The position numbers and the translations under genes are program-made. The notes beneath the pieces were generated by a model. The model was not told the origin of the DNA. It worked only from the letters and a program-made list of their open reading frames with translations, and did no database searches. Shown piece after piece: positions 36,777 through 46,599 of a stretch of 64,000 nt of DNA. The first letter of the stretch is position 1, and every line of letters starts with the position of its first letter. Source of the DNA: a virus; the IMG/VR virus record IMGVR_UViG_3300042892_004373, positions 1 through 64,000 of that record. One strand, 5' to 3'.

Positions 36777-36898
36777 TGAAAGATATATTCGTAATGAAAT
36801 CATATAGTGAAGCCGCTAAACGACTTAAAAAATTAGCAAAACGAAATATGAGAGTACTTTTAAGAAAAGAAAAAATAAAAAAGATATGCCAGAATTAG
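36776..36898 (+). CDS. 40-aa basic peptide (RKEKIKKI near C-terminus)
   Basis: ATG overlaps the upstream TAA; below the ORF-track cutoff. Confidence 0.4.
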   Translation: MKDIFVMKSYSEAAKRLKKLAKRNMRVLLRKEKIKKICQN

Positions 36899-37692
36899 CA
36901 GAAGTGAGAATTATGAGTGATTATATAAATCATCACTCAAATAAAAGAAAATTTACAAAATTATATCACGTTGAAAAGGGTAATAACCCAATCGACTCTG
37001 AACTAATTGAAGATTTCGAAGTAATTGCAAATTCTTTTGGTAAAGAATTACAATTAAAAACAACAAATGGAATAAAAACATTAGACTTCTCTGTATTTAT
37101 GGGGATGTCTGGTAATTGGAAATTTGTTCCTACTGAAAATTGGAATGATACCAAGTTTGTTAGAATGAGAATTGATACTGATGATGGTAATTCCTTATTA
37201 CTTTATGGTTCATATATGGGACCAAGATATAGATTAGGTGCATTTACTGGTGTAAAAAGAGGACCAGATCCAACCAAAGAATTTGATAAATTTAAAAGTA
37301 ATGTTTTAGATAATTTAAAGTTGAAGGCTTTTGATAAACCAATTTGTGAAGTTCTTTTAAATCAAAAATACTTTAATGGAATTGGTAATTACTTACGTTC
37401 TACAATTCTTTATTACATAAACGTAAATCCTTTTGAGTCTGCAAGAAATATTATTATGGAAAACCCAGATATATTAGATTTCTGTAGAGACGTTCCAATT
37501 AAAGCTTATACCTTAAATGGTGGTCAACTTTCAGACTGGACAAATCCATTTGATTCTGATTATGAAGAATTTAAGAAGTGGGTATTTTATCAAAAAGGTT
37601 TATCTTGTAGAGATAATACTGGTAGAACTTTCTGGTATGATGATAAATGGGAGCCTTATTCCATATATAAAAGTAAAAGTAAAGGTAAATAG
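36886..37692 (+). CDS. Fpg/Nei DNA glycosylase, NEIL1-like
   Basis: N-terminal MPE, GKEL, GMSG, H2TH FNGIGNYLRSTILY, zincless finger DNTGRTFW. Confidence 0.88.
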   Translation: MPELAEVRIMSDYINHHSNKRKFTKLYHVEKGNNPIDSELIEDFEVIANSFGKELQLKTTNGIKTLDFSVFMGMSGNWKFVPTENWNDTKFVRMRIDTDDGNSLLLYGSYMGPRYRLGAFTGVKRGPDPTKEFDKFKSNVLDNLKLKAFDKPICEVLLNQKYFNGIGNYLRSTILYYINVNPFESARNIIMENPDILDFCRDVPIKAYTLNGGQLSDWTNPFDSDYEEFKKWVFYQKGLSCRDNTGRTFWYDDKWEPYSIYKSKSKGK

Positions 37693-37877
37693 TGAAGATT
37701 GAATTTGATAAGAATAATTATGTAGTTTGTGAAGGAATTACCTTATCTTTAACGAGAGAACAGGTTATGGATTTACAAATGTATGGTTATGATCCTCAAA
37801 ATACTATTGAGGAATTCTATAGAAATAGTAAAGCTTATATTAGAGATCAAAAGATTGATTTGCTACTAAAAAAATAA
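37692..37877 (+). CDS. Hypothetical protein with RDQKIDLLL tag
   Basis: Coupled ORF. Confidence 0.6.
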   Translation: MKIEFDKNNYVVCEGITLSLTREQVMDLQMYGYDPQNTIEEFYRNSKAYIRDQKIDLLLKK

Positions 37878-37903
37878 AGAGAGACTTTCGTCTCTCTTTA
37901 TTG

Positions 37904-38746
37904 TTAGTCTTGTAATTCAAGTTGTTCTTGATTTTGTTTTTGAAGTAACTCCATAGCTCTTGCTAATCTTGTTAAACCAATTCCTGCACCAAATCTTGGA
38001 AAGAAGTCAAATTTTAAGAACTCTTCTAGTTCTGCTTCTACTCTTTCTTTTCCAAATAATTCAAATAGTTTTTTAGAATATCCACCATTTTCTATTGTAT
38101 AGAACATTTTTCTCATAGATTCAACATCACAACTTCTTTCTGCAGCGCCTATTGTTTCTTGTCCATATAATATTATATCAACTTTATTGAATATATCATC
38201 TTTTTGATTTTGCATGTTCCAAAATGGATTAGTTCTTAGTGGAAAGTTTTGAAGAGAAACACAATGACTTACTTCATTCCACATTTTAGTTTCATGTTCA
38301 TTTTCTAAAATTGATACGTCTCCATATTCTTTACAAGTTTTGTTGTAGTCCATTTCAACAGGTAAACCAAATCCTAAATACTCAAGAAGTTCTTTTTCTA
38401 ATAGAATTAAGTCTTTATATTTACCTTTTGATTCAAATTCAAACATTGGAAAGATTAGTTCATGTCTTCCAGGAATTGGATTTTTTTCTGCTCTGTAACT
38501 TGTAGATATACAAAAAACTCCATCCCAAGTAGGGTTTTTTAATAATTCATACTCGAGCCACATTTGTCCTGTTTGTGGTAACGGCCATATCTCACCATTG
38601 TATTCAAAAGTTGATACTGAGTGTGGGTTTTCACAAGCTGCTAAAATTGATAGTCTTGATTGTGTTGGTACTTCTACGAAGTTTTTTTCCAAAAAAAATT
38701 CTCTTAGTTTCTGAACTAGAGAATTGTACATTAAAGTGTTTGTCAT
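37904..38746 (-). CDS. AsnRS-like catalytic core (class IIb, no OB domain); possibly asparagine synthetase-like
   Basis: FVEVP, LPQTGQMWLE, SYRAE..RH...FEFE, GAGIGLTRL. Confidence 0.78.
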   Translation of the reverse strand: MTNTLMYNSLVQKLREFFLEKNFVEVPTQSRLSILAACENPHSVSTFEYNGEIWPLPQTGQMWLEYELLKNPTWDGVFCISTSYRAEKNPIPGRHELIFPMFEFESKGKYKDLILLEKELLEYLGFGLPVEMDYNKTCKEYGDVSILENEHETKMWNEVSHCVSLQNFPLRTNPFWNMQNQKDDIFNKVDIILYGQETIGAAERSCDVESMRKMFYTIENGGYSKKLFELFGKERVEAELEEFLKFDFFPRFGAGIGLTRLARAMELLQKQNQEQLELQD

Positions 38747-38851
38747 ATAAGATTTTTTTTTTAACCAAAAAGTAAAAACCTTTGATTAAAAAATTATTCT
38801 TGATATATATAAAAAAATCCACTCTTGTTTAGTGGATTTTTTTAATTTTTT

Positions 38852-39190
38852 TTATGTCAATAGATCTATTTTTAAATCTCTTCTATTTTCTATGGTATCA
38901 TATGTAGCTTTTTGTGTAAACCAATCATGTACAGTATCAATATCTGTTCTATGATAATCTAACCAACAACCTTCGATAGAACTATACCTCATAAACTTTG
39001 TAAGTTCTTCACTACTATATTTCTTTAGTTTCATTTCTCTGATACGATTACCTTCTAATGTAATTATTATACCATCGTCAGTTATGTCTAAAATTCCTAA
39101 CCAAAATGTTAGCATTTCTTGAAATATCATACCTTTCTCAAATAGTCCATTAAAAACTATTTCGTTTGTTTTATCGTTTGTTTTACTCAT
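38852..39190 (-). CDS. Hypothetical protein with RRDLKIDLL tag
   Basis: TATATTTG at 39207-39214. Confidence 0.65.
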   Translation of the reverse strand: MSKTNDKTNEIVFNGLFEKGMIFQEMLTFWLGILDITDDGIIITLEGNRIREMKLKKYSSEELTKFMRYSSIEGCWLDYHRTDIDTVHDWFTQKATYDTIENRRDLKIDLLT

Positions 39191-39225
39191 ATTTATTTAT
39201 ATAAAACAAATATACAAAATAAAAG

Positions 39226-39612
39226 TTAAACTCCAATAGAATTTAACTTTTCGTTTCTAAAATAAGAAATAAGTTTTTCTGATAATAATTCAAATGCTTT
39301 TATTTCAAAATCTTCAAGCTTAGATACTTTATATCTTAATGAGTTACCTGAGTTTTTCTTTGTAAGTAGTTCTTTATAGATTTGTACCATTTCTTCTTCT
39401 GTTGGTTCTATATCTTCTTTGAATTTAGAAAAATCTAATTGAGAAATATGTGTACTTTTGTGATATAAATCCTGTGTTAGTTCTGCTGAAATTATACCTG
39501 ATAATCTAATAAATTGATTACTCGAATGTTCATAAAAAATTGCACATAAAGTGTTTTTAATTGATTCTTCTTGATAAGTAATCTTGCAATTGATTAGAGT
39601 GGAGTTTGTCAT
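39226..39612 (-). CDS. Hypothetical protein with RNEKLNSI tag
   Basis: 128-aa ORF. Confidence 0.6.
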   Translation of the reverse strand: MTNSTLINCKITYQEESIKNTLCAIFYEHSSNQFIRLSGIISAELTQDLYHKSTHISQLDFSKFKEDIEPTEEEMVQIYKELLTKKNSGNSLRYKVSKLEDFEIKAFELLSEKLISYFRNEKLNSIGV

Positions 39613-39657
39613 TTTTAAAGTTTATTTTTATATATTTCAAATGATTATTTGTTTTCG

Positions 39658-40128
39658 TTAAATTTTGATAAAGATAAAGGTATAATACCTACGACCATTA
39701 GAATCTTGTTTTATTGAAATGCCAAAGTTTGTGAAATTTCCTTCAATTATTACTTTGTGTTTCGGAGAACTAATCCAAGCACTTAAAACAGATTGACTAC
39801 TAATGTAATTATATGCTATAACTTCAGATACACGTTCTGCGTGTAATGTTTTAACTAGGTTATCTGCTCTTTGTTGAAAATAATCATGTGTCATTGTATC
39901 ATGTTCTATCATGTAATCATTATGTTGTGAACAAATATAAGCAGTATGTTGATTTGATTTTAATGTATCTAACCCAATACTATTTCTATAAACATTTGTA
40001 ACGTGCATTACTGCAGTTTCTTGTTGACTAAAATTATAGGGATATTGAGTATAGATTTCTTCATCTTGTGTTTTAGAACAAGATATGAGTAATAATGAAA
40101 TAAAAAGTAGAAGTATTTTTAGTTTCAT
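39658..40128 (-). CDS. CAP/SCP-domain lipoprotein (paralog of 7298-7753)
   Basis: Lipobox LISC; HNDYM, W..SPKH. Confidence 0.82.
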   Translation of the reverse strand: MKLKILLLFISLLLISCSKTQDEEIYTQYPYNFSQQETAVMHVTNVYRNSIGLDTLKSNQHTAYICSQHNDYMIEHDTMTHDYFQQRADNLVKTLHAERVSEVIAYNYISSQSVLSAWISSPKHKVIIEGNFTNFGISIKQDSNGRRYYTFIFIKI

Positions 40129-40149
40129 TATTTATATATTAAAAGAGGA

Positions 40150-40410
40150 TTATTCCTCTTTTAATATATTTTTTAATGTTTCTTCTCTTTTAGTTGCTAA
40201 TTCCCAAGCTAAGTAGTCTTCTTCTGACATTAGTTCAGATTCTTTGAAGAGTGAACTTCTTTTTCTATCCAAATAATCATATTTGTATTCACAATCATAT
40301 TGATTTTCTGTATCTGGTTCATCCAAATTAGCTTCAATATATCGTTCAATAATCATTCTACCATAAGATTTATGATAAACGGATTTATTAAGGTCAAATT
40401 TATTTCTCAT
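40150..40410 (-). CDS. Hypothetical protein with REETLKNIL tag
   Basis: TAACTTTG at 40415-40422. Confidence 0.65.
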   Translation of the reverse strand: MRNKFDLNKSVYHKSYGRMIIERYIEANLDEPDTENQYDCEYKYDYLDRKRSSLFKESELMSEEDYLAWELATKREETLKNILKEE

Positions 40411-40461
40411 TTTACAAAGTTACATTTAATTTTTAATATATACAAAAAAGTAATTTTTATA

Positions 40462-41157
40462 ATGAGATTTCTACAAAAGTTTAAGATATTTGAATCAACA
40501 CAAGAGTTACCAGAATTTGGTACAAAGTGGATCAATGATAAAGGTGAAAAAATATTTATATTAAGACCAGATCAGTATGGTAATATTGGTTATTATAACT
40601 TATCAAATCCAGAACATAAGTGGCATATAAAACCTACAAATTTTTATACTGAGTATAAACCATTAGATAAACACATTTATAGAGATGATATTGAATATGA
40701 TTTTGATAAAGCGGTTTATTTATCAGATGAGAGAGCAATCATTGCGGCTTATTTTATAACTAAAGAGAATGAAAAGTCTATTGAAATTCTAAATATAAAA
40801 GAATTTGCTGCTGATACTGCTACTTTTATGGATAATGCAAGACCTTATTCAGTTACTTTTCACAAAGGTACTTTACCGACTTCACAAATTGCTATTTTAG
40901 GAGAAGTTCCTGAAAAAGAAGGATTTTTCTATGTTAAAGTTCCTTATTGGTTATATAAGGAAAATCCAGAGTTAAATATTAAAAGAATCATTGGTGATTT
41001 TCATCATATGAAAAGATTAGATCTTAGAGATTATAGTTTACGTAATAGTGAATTGATGTCTAATTTCAAAGATCCTAATGTAATTAAATACTTTGCTAGT
41101 TCTGATAAAGATAAAAGAACTCAACAACAAGTGATAAATTACGGACGTCGTTCATAA
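40462..41157 (+). CDS. Hypothetical protein with MRFLQKFKIFE tag
   Basis: Start moved to ATG 40462; TAATATATA at 40434-40442. Confidence 0.7.
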   Translation: MRFLQKFKIFESTQELPEFGTKWINDKGEKIFILRPDQYGNIGYYNLSNPEHKWHIKPTNFYTEYKPLDKHIYRDDIEYDFDKAVYLSDERAIIAAYFITKENEKSIEILNIKEFAADTATFMDNARPYSVTFHKGTLPTSQIAILGEVPEKEGFFYVKVPYWLYKENPELNIKRIIGDFHHMKRLDLRDYSLRNSELMSNFKDPNVIKYFASSDKDKRTQQQVINYGRRS

Positions 41158-41630
41158 GTTAAATATGTAAAGTCATATTTGTGTCTTTCATCTACTGGAT
41201 GGTATTCTTCTTTAACTAATTCCCATTCTTCACCAATTTCTGGAAAGAAAGTATCTGCTTCAAAATCTGAATGTACTCTTGTTAGTTCAATTCTATCTGC
41301 TATTTCGATAGATTGTTTGTAGATTTCTCCACCACCAATTATCCAAATATTATTATCTGAAAATTCTAATACTTCGTCTAATGCAGATTGAATACTATCA
41401 AATGTGAAACATTTTTCTGGTACTTGATAATCTTCCTGTCTTGTTATAATTAGGTGTGTTCTATTAGGTAGAGGTTTAGGGAACGTTTCAAACGTCTTTC
41501 TACCCATAAGTATATGATTACCTGATGTAAGTTCTTTAAATCTCTTAAAATCGTCTGGTAAGTGCCACACTAAATCGTTATCTTTTCCAAGTGAGTTATT
41601 TTCTCCGGCTGCTGCTATAATTGTTATCAT
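41139..41630 (-). CDS. folA: Dihydrofolate reductase
   Basis: WHLPDDFKRFK, MGRKTF, LPNR, IIGGGEIY, ADTFFP. Confidence 0.96.
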   Translation of the reverse strand: MITIIAAAGENNSLGKDNDLVWHLPDDFKRFKELTSGNHILMGRKTFETFPKPLPNRTHLIITRQEDYQVPEKCFTFDSIQSALDEVLEFSDNNIWIIGGGEIYKQSIEIADRIELTRVHSDFEADTFFPEIGEEWELVKEEYHPVDERHKYDFTYLTYERRP

Positions 41631-41659
41631 AGATATTTTATGATAAAAAAGTAAAAAGT

Positions 41660-42181
41660 TTAATCTTCTGGTATTGGGGAAATGTCACAGTTATTACTAA
41701 ATGTAAACTTGATACACTCGGTGGTTGTAAAGAAAATACTATCATAACTAGAACTAGAAGGAATTGAATGTATTGATAAAGTTACATATTTATAATCTGT
41801 TAGTCTTAGTAATTTAATTGCAGATTCAAATCCTATGTAACGAAGATACTCTTGTTCTTTAGGAATTTCATAGTTTTTCTTTCTCCAAACATTACCATAT
41901 TGAAATCCTGTATAATCTCCATTTCTTTCGATACTGGTTACTTGTAAAATCCATCTTCCTCTGTCACGTGGGTCTGCACGTCTATTCTGGTCTGCACTTA
42001 GTTCGTTTTTATTAGTATCACATCTTCTAACAAATGAAATCATACTCATTTGAGAATTAAAGTTAAATGTAGATGCATCTCCATTAAAAGTAAAACCTTC
42101 ATCCAATATTTCTAATACTGAATAAGTTATATCTTCTTCTGTGAGTTGTTTAGACTCATTAAATTTCTTTAGGTATATCAT
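41660..42181 (-). CDS. Hypothetical protein with MIYLKKFNE tag
   Basis: 173-aa ORF. Confidence 0.65.
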   Translation of the reverse strand: MIYLKKFNESKQLTEEDITYSVLEILDEGFTFNGDASTFNFNSQMSMISFVRRCDTNKNELSADQNRRADPRDRGRWILQVTSIERNGDYTGFQYGNVWRKKNYEIPKEQEYLRYIGFESAIKLLRLTDYKYVTLSIHSIPSSSSYDSIFFTTTECIKFTFSNNCDISPIPED

Positions 42182-42184
42182 AAT

Positions 42185-43585
42185 TTAATTACATTCGTAA
42201 CAGTCAACTCGACCACTACCTCCACATTCATCACATTCTGATGTTCCATCTCCATCACATCTAGTACATTCTTCAAGTCCTTTACCATCACATTCAGTAC
42301 ATTCTACTGTGCATTCTCCGTCACATTTATCACAAGTTGATCTACCATCACCATGACAATCATCACAAGATACTTTTCCTTTTCCTTCGCAATCAGAACA
42401 TTCTTCACCTTCTTCATCAGTTCCATCCCCATTACAAGTTTCACAATCTACTTCACCATATCCATCACAAGAATTACACTCTACTTCACCATCTCCATCA
42501 CATTTTGGACAGTTCTCTGTTCCAGATCCTTCACATTCTCTACATTCTTGTTCTCCAGAACCATCACATCTGTAACATTCTCTTTCACCGCCACCGCCAC
42601 ATTCTTCACATTCAAAACTACCTCTTCCACCACAGTTATCACAAGAACCATCACCACCTTCAGTACTGGTTAGTTCTGCATCATAACTAGAGTTATAATT
42701 AGTAGTAAGTTTTCCATCATCTTTAATAAGATATTTTAGAGTGTCCATATAAGGATAATCATCAAAGTTTGAATTTTCTAGTGTAACAATAACCCAGCTA
42801 TCTTCCCTTTCAAGTTGTTCTCCATTGAACATAATAGGATCACCTGTATGGAATGTTTGATTCATTTTATAATAGAACCCATTTTCTTTTGCAAAGTCTA
42901 TAAATAGTTGAGTATCTGCACTATTTATAATATAAACTCTATCCATGAATTTTCTTCCTTTATCATCCAACCAAAGAAGAGCTCTACCGGTAATTTTATC
43001 TGGATTCTCTGCAGATTTTAGTATAATAAGTGATACTCTATCTGGATTATCTGAATAAATTGATAAGTAATTTTGACATTTAGCATATCTCATACAAGAG
43101 GAACCTAATGTTCCTAGTTCTTTATCGTAATTTTCAACATGATACCATTTTTTAATATCATTACCTTTAACTATTTCAAATCTTATAAACGCTTCTTTCT
43201 CTATTAAGATAGTTGCTTTATATTTACTTACGAAATCTTCAAGATCTTTTGGTTTAACTTCGATACCTGCTTTAGTTAGAATTGCTCTTACGAATCTACC
43301 AACATTCATGTCAGATTTTTTAATTGTTTTAGGATCTTCTACTTTTTTTGCTTTATCATCTGGTGTAAAGAATACTTTATCTTCTTTATCTACATCATAT
43401 GAAATATAGTTATAGTTAGTATCTACCTCTTCTCCGTTTAATTTTAATAATTCAGATGCAACTGGAGATTTTATTTTTTTCAATAAGTCATAAAACTTAT
43501 CATCAAGTACAATTGTTGCTTCCAATAAAAGCATCATGTCTTTTTCTAGTAAAAATTCGTCGTATTTTGATATTTTATTATTCAT
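42185..43585 (-). CDS. SCM-motif protein with long CxxCxGxG zinc-repeat tail (paralog 1)
   Basis: SSCMR, GRALLW, FMDRVY, YPYMDT, more than ten CxxC repeats. Confidence 0.75.
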   Translation of the reverse strand: MNNKISKYDEFLLEKDMMLLLEATIVLDDKFYDLLKKIKSPVASELLKLNGEEVDTNYNYISYDVDKEDKVFFTPDDKAKKVEDPKTIKKSDMNVGRFVRAILTKAGIEVKPKDLEDFVSKYKATILIEKEAFIRFEIVKGNDIKKWYHVENYDKELGTLGSSCMRYAKCQNYLSIYSDNPDRVSLIILKSAENPDKITGRALLWLDDKGRKFMDRVYIINSADTQLFIDFAKENGFYYKMNQTFHTGDPIMFNGEQLEREDSWVIVTLENSNFDDYPYMDTLKYLIKDDGKLTTNYNSSYDAELTSTEGGDGSCDNCGGRGSFECEECGGGGERECYRCDGSGEQECRECEGSGTENCPKCDGDGEVECNSCDGYGEVDCETCNGDGTDEEGEECSDCEGKGKVSCDDCHGDGRSTCDKCDGECTVECTECDGKGLEECTRCDGDGTSECDECGGSGRVDCYECN

Positions 43586-43602
43586 AGTATATATATTATG
43601 TT

Positions 43603-43851
43603 TTAGAAATATCTTTTGATATTTCCCACCTTGTCTATTAGAACATTTTTACCATCTTTTTTACGTACTAATATATCTGTTCCTGAAAATCTTGCTTCTA
43701 ATACTCCTTGTGATAAAACTCTTATTGGATTGCCTCCAATGTCTTTAGTTTCTAGTTTACCATCTATACTAGTTATTAAAAAAATTTTTTGTGATTCGTC
43801 ATATGTACCAAATGCAACATTCTCAGATATTCTTCTACCAAGGTTTCCCAT
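43603..43851 (-). CDS. Small beta-repeat hypothetical protein
   Basis: Internal G...R.I repeats. Confidence 0.55.
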   Translation of the reverse strand: MGNLGRRISENVAFGTYDESQKIFLITSIDGKLETKDIGGNPIRVLSQGVLEARFSGTDILVRKKDGKNVLIDKVGNIKRYF

Positions 43852-43930
43852 AGTATCACATATGTATAGTGATTGATTTAGTATTTTAAACATCATAACT
43901 TTTATATAATTTTATTATATATATAATAAT

Positions 43931-44077
43931 ATGGAAAAGAAAAATATATTTCTTTTATTAGATGATGAGATTGTAACACGTTATAAAGAACATCTAGATA
44001 AAGTAGGATATGATAAAAATAAGCTATTTGAAAGAATTATTATTGATTTTTTAAAGAAAAATACAATAAAGTCTTAA
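43931..44077 (+). CDS. Probable ribbon-helix-helix regulator (48 aa)
   Basis: KNIFLLLDDEIVTRYKEHLDKVGYDKNKLFERIIIDFL strand-helix-helix pattern. Confidence 0.5.
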   Translation: MEKKNIFLLLDDEIVTRYKEHLDKVGYDKNKLFERIIIDFLKKNTIKS

Positions 44078-44129
44078 AAAGGTACTTTTAGGTATTTTTT
44101 ATTTATATATAGCATTAAGGAAAATAATT

Positions 44130-44339
44130 ATGAGATACTTGAAAGAATTTAACGAAAATAAGGATGTATTCATGGAATACCTACTTGAGTTTACTGAGGA
44201 CGGTAAGCCAGAAGAGCTTTTTAATAGTAGATTAAGTAAATTACTTAGATTTGTGAGAGTGGAAGGTATTAAAAACTATACTATAAAAGGAACAACAAAA
44301 TCAGGAGAAACTAAATTAGTTTTAAAAATAGGAAAATGA
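44130..44339 (+). CDS. Small protein with MRYLKEFNE tag
   Basis: 69-aa ORF. Confidence 0.6.
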   Translation: MRYLKEFNENKDVFMEYLLEFTEDGKPEELFNSRLSKLLRFVRVEGIKNYTIKGTTKSGETKLVLKIGK

Positions 44340-44364
44340 AGAACCCACTCGAAAGTGGGTTTTT

Positions 44365-45333
44365 TTAATTCATATAATCTGTGAAAAATTGTTCAAAAAT
44401 AGCTTGCATTACCGGGATACATATTGAGTTTCCTGCTAAAGCTACGTGTTGTTTAGTTGATAAACTTGTAGTTAGTAAGTTATCAATGTCTGTATCTTTA
44501 ACTCCCATAAAACGATATCCTTCTCTTGCGGTTAAAGTTCTAATTTTCTTATTATCTAATATAATTTGTGGAGATCCTGATGTAGTTAGACAAGGCGAAC
44601 ATCCATCAATAGAATAAATTCGTCTGGCTTGATCATATTTTACGTCACTTCTACGGGCAGCTAATTTACAAACAGAACTTAACTTAGGTGTATTTATTTC
44701 ATAAGGTGGTGTAATGAATAAACTATTATCTACAATTGTTTCAACAAATTCTCTCATCGGAACTCTAGTTTTTTTATGATTATGAACACCCATCATTTTA
44801 TTAGAAACTTCTAAAGATGATTCTCCTAACACTGAAAACATGAAAACTCTCTCACGATTTTGAGGACATCCGAAGTCAGCACCATTAAGTACCATCCAAG
44901 CAGAACCATAACCTAAAGAGTTAAGTTTTTCAATATAATCGTTAAATTTTTTGATGTGATTTTTGGAAACTAGATTTTTAACATTTTCCATTAAAAGATA
45001 CTTTGGTTTATTATGTTCTACGATTCTTTCAACTTCGTATAATAAACCGCTTCGTGTTCCTCTTTCAATACCACGTTGTACTCCAGATATAGATATATCT
45101 TGACAAGGAAATGAATATGTTAAGAAATCACAATGTGGAAATGTTTTTTCGTCAACTTTTGAAACATCTCCTAAATTACCTTCTTCGGTAGTGTGTAAAG
45201 AGTCGTAAGCTTCATTTGCTGATTTAAGAATGTCACAATTTGCGACGTTACGGTATTTAATACCACTATACTTTAGTGCTAGTTCTTGAGTACCATACCC
45301 TGAGAATAGACTTATAATTTTTAATTCTTCCAT
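44365..45333 (-). CDS. DNA (cytosine-5) methyltransferase
   Basis: LFSGYG, FPCQ, ENV, PQNRERVF, AGNS. Confidence 0.92.
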   Translation of the reverse strand: MEELKIISLFSGYGTQELALKYSGIKYRNVANCDILKSANEAYDSLHTTEEGNLGDVSKVDEKTFPHCDFLTYSFPCQDISISGVQRGIERGTRSGLLYEVERIVEHNKPKYLLMENVKNLVSKNHIKKFNDYIEKLNSLGYGSAWMVLNGADFGCPQNRERVFMFSVLGESSLEVSNKMMGVHNHKKTRVPMREFVETIVDNSLFITPPYEINTPKLSSVCKLAARRSDVKYDQARRIYSIDGCSPCLTTSGSPQIILDNKKIRTLTAREGYRFMGVKDTDIDNLLTTSLSTKQHVALAGNSICIPVMQAIFEQFFTDYMN

Positions 45334-45363
45334 ATTAAATTATATGGAAGAATTAAAAAATGT

Positions 45364-45837
45364 TTAGTCTAAATGTCTAATATCTTTGTGTGATGACTTT
45401 TGTTTACCGTTGTGTGACCACAATCTTGCAAATGGTGTGGTGAAATAATCATTATAACATAAAGTATCATCAATATGTAGATCTATATTGTTTTCTTTAC
45501 AGTATTCTGCTTTTGTTGAATCCCATAGAACATCGTCAAATTTTTTCTGAATAGTTCCATCTGGAAATTCAATTTCTCCTAATGTTTCTGCGGTTTTTAA
45601 TAAGTGGTCATAAACTGAAAATTTATGTGTATAGTTTATACCACTTAATTGTTTTTCTAATTTGTCTGTCCATTCACCGCCAGTGATTACGTGAACTTCT
45701 CCCCCATTTTTTACAATAGAGTCTGCTAAAAATACAAAGAACTCTGGAAGTGCATCGATTACTCCGTGTATATCAATACCAATTTTGAATTTTGAGGTTG
45801 AACTTTCGTTCACTATACTACTAAATTTTGTTATCAT
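45364..45837 (-). CDS. HAD-like protein
   Basis: GIDIHGV, VITG, K...HIDD. Confidence 0.65.
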   Translation of the reverse strand: MITKFSSIVNESSTSKFKIGIDIHGVIDALPEFFVFLADSIVKNGGEVHVITGGEWTDKLEKQLSGINYTHKFSVYDHLLKTAETLGEIEFPDGTIQKKFDDVLWDSTKAEYCKENNIDLHIDDTLCYNDYFTTPFARLWSHNGKQKSSHKDIRHLD

Positions 45838-45847
45838 AATTTATATA

Positions 45848-46240
45848 TTAAATTATTTCTTCGATTTTCTTATCTCTCATTTCTGCAGTAGATAGAATTT
45901 CTTGTACAAAGATATGAAAATGTTTTGTATTATGTATTAAATCTAATGAAATATTTGTATGTGCTCCCATACCATTTGTATGTGAGTTTAGTATTGGTTC
46001 AGAAGTGGTTACAGTACCCCAATAATTGAAACCATGTTGTTTAAAATATTCATTTGTACCATTTGTATCTACCCAATGTTCTATTATAAATGTTTTATTT
46101 TCTGTTTCATTTGGATCAAATTCGTATAAAATAGTATATTGTGAATTATTATACATTACATTTAGAAGTTTACTCCAAGCGGGAACTACAAATGTGGCTT
46201 GATTATAACTGATATGTTGTGATTGTGTTCTTATTATCAT
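45848..46240 (-). CDS. Hypothetical protein with RDKKIEEII tag
   Basis: Operon ORF. Confidence 0.6.
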   Translation of the reverse strand: MIIRTQSQHISYNQATFVVPAWSKLLNVMYNNSQYTILYEFDPNETENKTFIIEHWVDTNGTNEYFKQHGFNYWGTVTTSEPILNSHTNGMGAHTNISLDLIHNTKHFHIFVQEILSTAEMRDKKIEEII

Positions 46241-46599
46241 ATTCCTAATTTAGTTAAAATTTTATCTCTATAGAAACTTATATCATCGACAATAAAAAGG
46301 TTTGAATCTGTAATAATTAGATTATCAATAATCTCAATAATCTTTGAGGTTGTCTGCATTGGTATAAATCCAGATTGATAACTTGTAACTATTTGATTTA
46401 TTTCTAACAAATCTACCTTAGCAGTTTCTAGATGTACAATACCTTTACATTTTTGTAAAGAATATTTGTCTATAAATTCTTTATTATTTAAAATTTTTTT
46501 ATAGTATTTATTTTCAATATCTACCATAACATAGGAAACCTCAGTGGATTTACCACTGAGGTGATTATGAATTAAATCTCCTACTTTAGCCAATTTCAT
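46237..46599 (-). CDS. Hypothetical protein with RDKILTKL tag
   Basis: Operon ORF. Confidence 0.6.
   Translation of the reverse strand: MKLAKVGDLIHNHLSGKSTEVSYVMVDIENKYYKKILNNKEFIDKYSLQKCKGIVHLETAKVDLLEINQIVTSYQSGFIPMQTTSKIIEIIDNLIITDSNLFIVDDISFYRDKILTKLGI

Noticed and set aside
42337-42690. His-rich and Thr/Phe-rich plus-strand ORFs
   Set aside because: Antisense shadows of the CxxCxGxG repeats
42185-43585. dnaJ
   Set aside because: Zinc repeats only; no HPD-containing J domain
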